Source: Aquificaceae bacterium | GTDB taxonomy: Bacteria > Aquificota > Aquificia > Aquificales > Aquificaceae | NCBI GenBank assembly: GCA_037924335.1 | Contig: JAXSMZ010000026.1 | Span: 3,941 to 22,444, forward strand | DNA length: 18,504 nucleotides | Direction: 5' to 3' | In this document: one piece after another, positions 9,138 through 16,798 of the stretch | Layout: each line of letters starts with the position of its first letter | How positions within the stretch are numbered: the first letter of the stretch is position 1 | Position numbers and translations under genes: made by a program | Notes under the pieces: generated by a model | Databases searched by the model: none | What the model was told of the DNA's origin: nothing | The model's input: the letters and a program-made list of their open reading frames with translations, nothing else

Positions 9138-9805
9138 TGAAGATAGCCATAGATGGCCCGTCTGGTAGTGGGAAAAGCACTGTGGCTAAGAGGATATCCA
9201 AGATTCTTTCCGTACCGTACCTTGATACAGGTTCCGTTTACAGAGCCTTTGCTTACATTGCAAAGATAAAAAACATTGATACATCAAACACTTGGGATGT
9301 GCTAAGGCTTTTTGAGAATAATATAGAAGTAAAGCTCTATTTATCAAGGACAGAAATCTTTTATATGGATAGAAAGTTAGAAAGGGAGCTGAAAGGTGAG
9401 GAAATAGGAAGGTACGCTTCGCTCATTGCCAGTGTGCCAGAGTTCCGTGAGAGAATGGTGGAGTTTTTCAGGAAGCTGGTGGGTGATGGGCAGGTAGTGG
9501 CTGAAGGTAGAGATGTTGGAACGCATATATTCCCAGATGCTCCTATAAAGCTCTTCATAACGGCAAGCTTGGAGGAGAGAGCCAGGAGGAGATATGCAGA
9601 GCTTTTAAGCATGGGAGAAGATGTGAGCTACGAGGCTGTACTCAACGCCCTTGAGGAAAGAGACAGGAGAGATAAAGAAAGACCAGTCTATCCGTTCAGA
9701 CCTGCGCCCGATGCCATTCTGATAGATACAACAGATATGAGTGCGGAGAGAGTAGTTGAAATAGCCTTAAGTGTGATAAAAAAAGCCCACACCTTTAATC
9801 GGTAA
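9137..9805 (+). CDS. cmk: cytidylate kinase
   Basis: IAIDGPSGSGKST, LDTGSVYR, EGRDVGT, ERARRR and RDRRD motifs; TGATG coupling with pilT. Confidence 0.96.
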   Translation: MKIAIDGPSGSGKSTVAKRISKILSVPYLDTGSVYRAFAYIAKIKNIDTSNTWDVLRLFENNIEVKLYLSRTEIFYMDRKLERELKGEEIGRYASLIASVPEFRERMVEFFRKLVGDGQVVAEGRDVGTHIFPDAPIKLFITASLEERARRRYAELLSMGEDVSYEAVLNALEERDRRDKERPVYPFRPAPDAILIDTTDMSAERVVEIALSVIKKAHTFNR

Positions 9806-10325
9806 ACTTTATCTTTAGCTCCCCCATCAAGAAGGCTTTGTGGTCCCTCAAGAGGGATCTAAGGAAAGATAGAGAGTCCTCCATAGCTATAAACCCTTTC
9901 CTCTTAAAAGCTTCCTCCATGTCCCTTAACCAATCCAACCTGTTTTTTATAAACCTGTACTGATTTATATAGCCTTTAACCTTGTCTTCTTCTAAGCAGA
10001 GGAGAGACAAAAACCTTAGCTCTACACCTATGTGGTCTGGCTGATAGCCTTCATCCAACCTAAACCCAGAAATCTCGTAGGACCTCAGGGTCTGCTCCGT
10101 ATTTACATCCCTATAGCTTCTTTCCAGAAGGGAGACCTCATCTAAAAGCTCAAGCTCCTCTTGAAGCTTAAAGCTATCTATATGTCTGAGCACATCAAAA
10201 GCATAGGGAGAGTATGCTGAATTAATTAGGTCATTGCACAGGGAATTAAGGTAATAACAATCCTTAGCTAAAAATAGCTCGGAAAAGGCATAGTAGAAGA
10301 AGGAAAGGCCTTTTAGCTCATCCAT
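9795..10325 (-). CDS. TorD/DmsD-family redox enzyme maturation chaperone
   Basis: QPDHIGVELRFL matches the family (E/Q)PxDH motif; located in a molybdoenzyme cluster. Start reset to ATG 10325 (MDELKGL), 2 nt after the upstream stop; 176 aa. Confidence 0.85.
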   Translation of the reverse strand: MDELKGLSFFYYAFSELFLAKDCYYLNSLCNDLINSAYSPYAFDVLRHIDSFKLQEELELLDEVSLLERSYRDVNTEQTLRSYEISGFRLDEGYQPDHIGVELRFLSLLCLEEDKVKGYINQYRFIKNRLDWLRDMEEAFKRKGFIAMEDSLSFLRSLLRDHKAFLMGELKIKFTD

Positions 10326-10327
10326 CT

Positions 10328-11557
10328 TCAAACCCTGTTTACAGAGTAATCTAAGGCTATATCTCCAAAGTATTCGCAGAGGGAGGGGTGTGTGTAGGGC
10401 ATGCGGAAAAGCTGATCGTCCCAAAGGGCATTGTTCATGCTAAAGGATATCAAATTTAGAGCTTCGCTAACTTCCTCCCCTAGGATGGAAAAGTAAGAAA
10501 GCCTGCCTTCATTGTCCACATACATGCATATCATTCCCTTCCTTCCGTTTACAAAGCTCTTTGTGTTTGCGTTCAAAGTCTTTGTGATCTTTCTATGCTT
10601 TGTTTCATAAGAACCAACAAATCCAAGTTCAAGGGCTGAGCATATTACTATGGGCACAAGCCCCGGCCTGTAGGGGCTATAAAAGTCCATCATGCTCTGG
10701 CAGGCAGACTTTGCCTTTGCTATGGCATGGCTTGCACCCATGGGCCTTGTTATGTCCCCCACAGCATAGACACTTTTTATGTTGCTTCTCATACACTCAT
10801 CAACTTTAACATAACCCTCTTGCTCAAACTCAAGGAATGGGAAGGCCTCTTTACATAAATTTGGAATCCTACCAGTTGCCCTTATGTGAAGGTTCGCATC
10901 TATCATGCTGTCCACAAACTTTACACCGCAGAGTTCCAACTCTTCCTCCAGCTTTTCCACCATATCTTCATCCACGGGATAGTCCTTCAAAAGCCTTCCC
11001 TCAACTTTTAGATAAACATCAAAACCAAAGGTAGAAAGAATAAAAGAAAGCTCGCAGGCGCTTGCACCTGAGCCTTCTATAAGGATCCTACCCCTTGGAA
11101 GTATTTTTCCTGTGAGTACATCCTCAACGCTTGGACCTTCCTCCTTAGGCTTTGAACCGCAAGCGAGCACTACATGCTCCCCCCTGAGATATAGGTTTTT
11201 ACCTACCTTTACCGTATTCTCATCTACAAGCACACCCAGGCCTTTTATTAGGTCTATACCTTCCCTCTTTAACAAAAACTCCGCATTGGACCTTATCTGT
11301 TTTATCTTTGTCCTTACGTACTTTAGAGCTTTTTCAAAGTCTACCTTTGTCTCAAAACCCCTCCTCCTTAGAGAGTGCATCTCTTTTGCTATACGGTAAA
11401 GCCCCTCCTTTGGTATGCAACCCCTGTTTAGGCATGTTCCACCAAGCTCTTTAGCTTCCAAAAGGGCAACCTTTAAACCACCCTTTGCAAGCATAAGAGC
11501 TGAAGTAAACCCCCCTGGACCGCTTCCTATAACTATTGCGTCGTAGAGTTTTATCAT
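10328..11557 (-). CDS. class I pyridine nucleotide-disulfide oxidoreductase (dihydrolipoamide dehydrogenase-like, short)
   Basis: FAD motif GSGPGG, redox disulfide GGTCLNRGCIPK, VYAVGD, C-terminal HPSLCE; degenerate second Rossmann motif GSGASACE; 409 aa. Confidence 0.85.
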   Translation of the reverse strand: MIKLYDAIVIGSGPGGFTSALMLAKGGLKVALLEAKELGGTCLNRGCIPKEGLYRIAKEMHSLRRRGFETKVDFEKALKYVRTKIKQIRSNAEFLLKREGIDLIKGLGVLVDENTVKVGKNLYLRGEHVVLACGSKPKEEGPSVEDVLTGKILPRGRILIEGSGASACELSFILSTFGFDVYLKVEGRLLKDYPVDEDMVEKLEEELELCGVKFVDSMIDANLHIRATGRIPNLCKEAFPFLEFEQEGYVKVDECMRSNIKSVYAVGDITRPMGASHAIAKAKSACQSMMDFYSPYRPGLVPIVICSALELGFVGSYETKHRKITKTLNANTKSFVNGRKGMICMYVDNEGRLSYFSILGEEVSEALNLISFSMNNALWDDQLFRMPYTHPSLCEYFGDIALDYSVNRV

Positions 11558-12042
11558 CCCTTCTTCTCCAGCTCAAAAAGACAAAACTCCTTGCCTTGTA
11601 CTATACATTCTATCTCCCTGCATTCCCATTTTAGACTCGTTAGCTCTTCAAGGACGCCTGCAAGGGCACCCTGCAAAGGTATGCATACGGGCTTTTTACT
11701 CTCTTGCCCTTCTGCAAAAACAGAGCCTTTGATATATATTTTTATCCTGTCTTCTTGGTTTTCCCAATGGTCAACAACCCCCACACCAGCCTCGCCGAGA
11801 AAGGTTCTAAGATAAAGCTCTATATCTTCAATAGAAGGCGTTTGATTCCCTATAAGTTCTTTCAGTATCTGCCCAGCTATCCTTCCAGCCTTTCTACCCG
11901 ACATGTTTAGTATGCCTCCTATACCAAAGCCAGAGAGCTTTACTATGCTTGAGTAAAACTCTTGCACCGGCTTCTTTGGCACTATAAAGCCTTCTTGCTT
12001 CAGAAAAATCCTAATCTTTGACACCGCTCCAAGCTCGTCCAT
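11554..12042 (-). CDS. stand-alone V4R (4-vinyl reductase) domain protein
   Basis: C-terminal VCIPLQGALAG...REIECIVQGKEFCLF with C-x22-E-x2-C-x7-C; AGGAGG SD at 12054-12049; ATGA overlap with the next gene. Confidence 0.85.
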   Translation of the reverse strand: MDELGAVSKIRIFLKQEGFIVPKKPVQEFYSSIVKLSGFGIGGILNMSGRKAGRIAGQILKELIGNQTPSIEDIELYLRTFLGEAGVGVVDHWENQEDRIKIYIKGSVFAEGQESKKPVCIPLQGALAGVLEELTSLKWECREIECIVQGKEFCLFELEKKG

Positions 12043-12060
12043 TTTTTACCTCCTAATCAA

Positions 12061-12154
12061 GGGTAAAGGTACCCTCCGTATAAAGCATCAAAGTCTTCCA
12101 CCCTTTAACTTCCGGGGAAGCATAGGCATTACGAAGGGCTCAATCCTTTTACCC
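12061..12154 (-). other. predicted long nested RNA stem-loop upstream of the V4R gene
   Basis: On the minus-strand RNA, GGGUAAAAGG pairs with CCUUUACCC (one bulge). CCCUUCGUA pairs with UACGGAGGG (9 bp, one G-U), and an inner CUUCC pairs with GGAAG. Pairing was done by eye. Confidence 0.55.
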
Positions 12155-12210
12155 ATCCTAAACTCCGCACAAAAGATAAGAAGGGGGAAACCCCTTCTAA
12201 GCCACTTCAT
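12088..12210 (-). CDS. possible 40-aa leader peptide (MKWLRRGFPLLIFCAEFRMGKRIEPFVMPMLPRKLKGGRL)
   Basis: ATG preceded by TAAAAT-N7, the same geometry as purL/glmS; no SD and no recognisable family; may be fortuitous. Confidence 0.25.
   Translation of the reverse strand: MKWLRRGFPLLIFCAEFRMGKRIEPFVMPMLPRKLKGGRL
12171..12198 (-). terminator. intrinsic terminator-like hairpin after the molybdoenzyme gene
   Basis: AGAAGGGG-TTTC-CCCCTTCT perfect 8-bp stem followed by TATCTTTT, 22 nt downstream of the stop codon. Confidence 0.7.
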
Positions 12211-12220
12211 AGATATAATT

Positions 12221-15200
12221 TTATGCCTTTATAACCTTTACGTTTCCACTGTAGAAGGCAACTCCACCGCCAAACCACTCCATCTGAGGATAGACTACAC
12301 CCGTTGGGAGGGTTGTCTTAGGATACATGGCGATGTAGGGAGCTCCCTTATCTCTCTTAGGGTCTGAAAGCAATCTATTCCCGTCCACTATTTTCATAGT
12401 TCCATGCAGGACTTTTGTTCTCCACTCTGGGAAATCCTTAAACCTTGCAAGGACTAGCAATGCCTTTTCTGGGTTCTGTATCTCGAGGGGTACTTTGTAA
12501 ACACCAGAATGGCACCAGTGTCCAAAGGTGGTAGATATGGCTACCGTTCCTTGCCTTATCCTGTTGGTCACATATGCCTTTATTTTGAACTCTACCTTCT
12601 TACCCGCTATATCCACAGCCCAGTCTTCATAACCGGGAGCTAGCACCTTTACATAGTCTCCTTGTTTAATGCCAAGCTTTTGGGCATCCACAGGGTTTAT
12701 CCAAAGGGTATTTTCAGGCTCTGATTCAAGAGCCCATATGTAGTTGATAGTTCTGGATTGGGTGTGCAAAGTGGGCTTGTAGGTTATTAGCTTGAGTGGA
12801 TACTCCGACTCCACCTTGTCTGGGTCAAAGCCTTGATATTGACCTGCCTCTCTCAGGGATACATACCTTGGATAACCGGGCATGAACTTGCCAGTGATAG
12901 GGTTGTGCCTTGTGGCTAAGCCCTCAAAGTAGAACCTTACCATGTTTTCCTTGTTCAGCGGAAACTTGTAAAGATCTCCTTTAAAGTGGTCCTCATAGCT
13001 CAGGAAGAAGCCACCCCTTGAGAGCAAAAAGGCTACCTTGGGCCACTCTTCTGGAGATACAACGTTCTTATACTTGGCAATTGGGTAGTTTTTCTCCACA
13101 AACTCCACATCCTCCTTCTTAGGCTCTATCTTATAGCCCTTTGATTCAAGGTCGTGCACCAGGTTGGCTATCTGCTTGAGGTGGAAATCTTCTGCCCTCA
13201 TGAGGGAATAACTTTTGCCCTCGTTTGGACCCATGCCCTTTATGGCGTCCTTCCCCCATAGGGGTGAGCCGAGCTTCCTTCCTATATCTATAAAGAAGGT
13301 TTCCTGCTGCATAGGTCTTCCGTCCGGTGTTTTGTCCGTTAGAGGTTCAATTATTGGGCACCTTATAGCGTTGTAGAAGAAGTAGTGGTAAAGACCATGG
13401 ATTCCAGTAAGGCCCTCTGCGTAAGTTACATCAGGGACTATGTAATCTGCAAAGTAGGAAGTATCATCTATAACGGTGGTTATATGTACCCACAGTCCTA
13501 CCTTCTTTGTATCCAAGAGTGTATCCTTGTAATGTAGCTGGGCTGGATATGTAAAGAGCGGGTCTGACATATATTGGATAACCGTATATGGAATTCCTGC
13601 CTTATTTTGGTCATAAGGATAGTTATGAACTACAGATGGGAAGAAGCCAGTTATGTGATACTTTGGTCCTATGAACTTAAACCATGGCATCTTTGCAGGG
13701 TAAGGATTTTTGCCCTCCATCTTGGCCTTGTAGTAGAAGGCTGTCTCTTCATAATTCTTCTGAGTTCTATGAAGTTTAAGACCCCAAGGCTTTCTTCCAC
13801 CGCCCAGGTCATACCTTCCCTTGTTTACCCCACCAGTTCCCACCTGCCATATCATACCGCCCTTATGTCCTAAGTTGCCAATGAGCATGTTTATGGAGTC
13901 TATTAGGAACTGGGTCATAGAGCCGTTTATGTGCATAACAGGGCCTCTGTAAGAGACTACCGCTGCCTTTTTGCCGTAAGAGGTTAACTCGTCCGCCGTA
14001 TCTATAACATCCTTTGGATTCACACCAGCCATCTTACACCAGTTTCCTATTGTTTCTGTAAAGACAAAGTCCTTTAGAATTTGTAAAGAGCTTGTAACGT
14101 ACACAGTAGAACCATCCTTTAACTTTAGCTCCAACCCCTTTGTTTTCTTAGGATACTTGCCAGCCCTCTTAGGATCAACATCCTCTATTTCATAAAGCTC
14201 ATTAGGAACTTCCTTTGCCCCTTCATACTCATCCATAAGTATGTACGCAGACTTTGATTGGGTGTTTGCCTTTAGGCTACCTGTTTCCTTGTCTACCACC
14301 ACATACTCGCTCTCTGAACCAAGGCCAAGGTCGCTTGCCCTCAGAAGCTTTCTATAGTGTGGGCTGTCCTTTGGACCTACAACTACCAAGTGGCTCGCAT
14401 TGGAAAAGACCACTTCCCCATCTTCCTTTGCAGCCTCAAGGTTTGGATTTTCCAAGAACCTTCTGTCAAAGGATTGCTTTTCAAAGATCCTTCTTATTAT
14501 GGCGCAGGCTATTGCCGGGTCTTCTCCAGGCTTTGGCATTATATGTCTGTGGGAATAAGCTACTACACCGTTATGTGCCCTTGGGTCTATCCAAACTACC
14601 TTTAGGTCTCCATTCCCTCTTCTGTAATGAAGTAGGGTCCAGGTACCAACCGGTGGGTTAAAGGACTCTGCTATCTGAGCCCCCCAAGCCACTATGTAGT
14701 GGGCAGACTTTAGGTCTGGTCCCACATGGGGCCTATCAAAGGCGAAGATCTGGCCAGCCCACTTAGGCCACTGACAGACATCTGCGTGCCCCAAGAAGTT
14801 ATTAGAGCCTATGGTTCCGTAGATCATCCTCTCTATAAATTCACCCCTACCCTCCGTAACCCTACCACCCAACGCGCAGAAAAAGTTAGACTTTGGTCCT
14901 AAGGCTGGCATCTCTGGGTCTATGAGCTTTTTCTTTATCTCCTCTGGTAGCTTTTGGGCTTCTTCTTTTGGTAGCCATAGCTTGTAGATATTCTCCTCAA
15001 GAAACTTCTTCCAATCTTCTACAGGCTTTCCGTGGGTTATCTCATTGGCCCATCTGTTTAAAAAGTCCTTGCTTACATGGTTAAGGACTGCATCTATCAC
15101 TTCTTCTTCCGATACATAAAGGTCGTAATACATCTTAAGACCTGGAAGTTTCTCTCCCGTCTCCTCTATGATGCTACCTTCTACGACCTCTTTTATAAGC

Positions 15201-15661
15201 TGTTCCCAGCTTATGGGCTTAAACTTTCCTTCACCGCGCTTACCAGCTCTCTTTAGAGGTGTCACTATCCTATATGGGTCATAGGCATAATGGGCTATGG
15301 ACTGACCCTTAAGGCACATCTTTCCAGAGTGCTTTAAGCTCTCTTCAAGGGGTGTATCCATGGGAAGGGGTTCCCAATAGTTGTTAGCTGTGCAGTAAGG
15401 GTTACCATCCACCTTATAGACCATACCATCGTAAACCCTTGCCCTTATACCACACCTTCCGTTACAGGCAAGGCATAGGCTATGGACCACTTTGAACCTT
15501 TCCGCATCCTGCATGTCCAAAGGTGCGGCGTTGGCATAGGGTATGAGCTTAAAGGGCCCCTTCACTATATCCTTTAATGCTGAGCTTCCAAAGGCAAGGA
15601 AGCCCACTCCAGTACCTGCCAAGCCTACATTTCTTAAAAAGTCTCTTCTCGTTGTAGCCAT
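12221..15661 (-). CDS. periplasmic Mo/W-bisPGD oxidoreductase catalytic subunit, TtrA/SrdA-like
   Basis: Tat motif TRRDFL with ANA cleavage site, [4Fe-4S] motif CLACNGRC...CLKG, PLKRAGKRGEGKF, ISWEQLIKEVVEG, likely Cys ligand GHADVC, ADYIVPD, C-terminal LITYK...INPVDA. Start reset to ATG 15661 (AGGAGG 9 nt upstream); 1146 aa. Family is secure, substrate is not. Confidence 0.88.
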   Translation of the reverse strand: MATTRRDFLRNVGLAGTGVGFLAFGSSALKDIVKGPFKLIPYANAAPLDMQDAERFKVVHSLCLACNGRCGIRARVYDGMVYKVDGNPYCTANNYWEPLPMDTPLEESLKHSGKMCLKGQSIAHYAYDPYRIVTPLKRAGKRGEGKFKPISWEQLIKEVVEGSIIEETGEKLPGLKMYYDLYVSEEEVIDAVLNHVSKDFLNRWANEITHGKPVEDWKKFLEENIYKLWLPKEEAQKLPEEIKKKLIDPEMPALGPKSNFFCALGGRVTEGRGEFIERMIYGTIGSNNFLGHADVCQWPKWAGQIFAFDRPHVGPDLKSAHYIVAWGAQIAESFNPPVGTWTLLHYRRGNGDLKVVWIDPRAHNGVVAYSHRHIMPKPGEDPAIACAIIRRIFEKQSFDRRFLENPNLEAAKEDGEVVFSNASHLVVVGPKDSPHYRKLLRASDLGLGSESEYVVVDKETGSLKANTQSKSAYILMDEYEGAKEVPNELYEIEDVDPKRAGKYPKKTKGLELKLKDGSTVYVTSSLQILKDFVFTETIGNWCKMAGVNPKDVIDTADELTSYGKKAAVVSYRGPVMHINGSMTQFLIDSINMLIGNLGHKGGMIWQVGTGGVNKGRYDLGGGRKPWGLKLHRTQKNYEETAFYYKAKMEGKNPYPAKMPWFKFIGPKYHITGFFPSVVHNYPYDQNKAGIPYTVIQYMSDPLFTYPAQLHYKDTLLDTKKVGLWVHITTVIDDTSYFADYIVPDVTYAEGLTGIHGLYHYFFYNAIRCPIIEPLTDKTPDGRPMQQETFFIDIGRKLGSPLWGKDAIKGMGPNEGKSYSLMRAEDFHLKQIANLVHDLESKGYKIEPKKEDVEFVEKNYPIAKYKNVVSPEEWPKVAFLLSRGGFFLSYEDHFKGDLYKFPLNKENMVRFYFEGLATRHNPITGKFMPGYPRYVSLREAGQYQGFDPDKVESEYPLKLITYKPTLHTQSRTINYIWALESEPENTLWINPVDAQKLGIKQGDYVKVLAPGYEDWAVDIAGKKVEFKIKAYVTNRIRQGTVAISTTFGHWCHSGVYKVPLEIQNPEKALLVLARFKDFPEWRTKVLHGTMKIVDGNRLLSDPKRDKGAPYIAMYPKTTLPTGVVYPQMEWFGGGVAFYSGNVKVIKA

Positions 15662-15662
15662 G

Positions 15663-16787
15663 TTATACAACCTCCTCTTTATGGGTTGAACTCTTCCATC
15701 CTGCTATTGAAACAAAGGCTAAGAAAAGGAAAAATACCAAGAAATAAAGGGCTATTACCTCGCTTATTCCCTCCCTTCCAATTAGCTTTATGTGGGGATA
15801 AACTATTCCCCTATGCCCTTTATCTATCATCTGTGCTGGTATTACCATAGTCCATCTTGCGGCGTATATCGCTATTAAAGATACCACGCTTAAGATCGTT
15901 ATACCGCCCAAGCTTCTGTTCATAGAGCTAAAACCGCCTATCAAGACAAAAAGAAGCCCTATGACTTCAACCAAGTAGAAGATCAGGTTTGTCTTTATTG
16001 CCATGGCTATCAGGGGCCACTCTGCGGCGTTCCAATACCACTCGGATACATACTCAATAAAGAGTACAAAGAGGTCAAAGCCTGCAAAACTTGCCATAAC
16101 AATAGTTGGTACTTTTAGAATTTGAGTGTCCACCTTCTCACCGAGGATAGATTGTCCCACTATGTAAAGGAGCATAGTGGCACCTATACCAGAAACCACT
16201 GCGGATATTAAGAAGGTGAGAAGAAGTATGGAAGTTCCCCACAGAGGCATGGCATGCATAGCACTCATTAAGAAACCGACATAGGCGTGGAAGAACATGG
16301 CAACGGGTATGCTTACCGCAGCCCAGAGTTTTACCTTTTTATCATCCTCTTCTGGGTTTACCTCCTTTGCGCCAAAGGTAAGTATACCCGCTATGGTACC
16401 AAAAAGACCTTCTCCTTTTGCCCTTTCAATAAAATCTCTTCTAAACAGGAAATAGCTCTTTAGGAACATAACTGCGAGTAGGATGATCCACAGTATGAAG
16501 AAGAGAATTATGGGAGAGGATAGGTTTGCGTAGAAGGGCACCTTAAAAGCCCTTATAGGCTGAGTTAGGTCAAACATAGGGGCTAAGGGTGCAACAAGCA
16601 TGAGGGCTATGGCCAAGAAGTGTCCTACCCTTTCTAGCTGCTCAAGCTTTTTAAGTCCCAAAAGGTAAACAAGGGCCGTTATTACCGTTGAACCTGCCAC
16701 GATACCAGTGAAGTAAGGATAGGTTACTATCAAAACAGTCCACTCCACTATATGGTTTGGTAAAGTCGGTCCATGGGTCTCTATCAT
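15663..16787 (-). CDS. NrfD/PsrC/TtrC-family membrane anchor (quinone/quinol-interacting subunit)
   Basis: Many TM segments; W-x3-IVTYPYFTG, DLTQPIRA, SSP, HAYVGFL, PLW motifs; AGGAGG SD. Confidence 0.92.
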   Translation of the reverse strand: MIETHGPTLPNHIVEWTVLIVTYPYFTGIVAGSTVITALVYLLGLKKLEQLERVGHFLAIALMLVAPLAPMFDLTQPIRAFKVPFYANLSSPIILFFILWIILLAVMFLKSYFLFRRDFIERAKGEGLFGTIAGILTFGAKEVNPEEDDKKVKLWAAVSIPVAMFFHAYVGFLMSAMHAMPLWGTSILLLTFLISAVVSGIGATMLLYIVGQSILGEKVDTQILKVPTIVMASFAGFDLFVLFIEYVSEWYWNAAEWPLIAMAIKTNLIFYLVEVIGLLFVLIGGFSSMNRSLGGITILSVVSLIAIYAARWTMVIPAQMIDKGHRGIVYPHIKLIGREGISEVIALYFLVFFLFLAFVSIAGWKSSTHKEEVV

Positions 16788-16798
16788 GGCTTACCTCC

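Noticed and set aside
10328..11557. Mercuric reductase MerA
   Set aside because: No N-terminal HMA domain, no C-terminal Cys-Cys pair, and no mer genes.
12043..12170. Moco riboswitch, or a selenocysteine read-through ORF (TGA at 12090-12088 followed by TGC)
   Set aside because: I could not match the conserved Moco-motif features by eye. Read-through gives only 14 more unremarkable residues, with no convincing SECIS or selenoprotein similarity.
12221..15661. Firm assignment as ttrA, arrA or arxA
   Set aside because: Size and gene order favour the Ttr/Srd clade over Arr/Arx, but substrate cannot be read from motifs, so the symbol was withheld.
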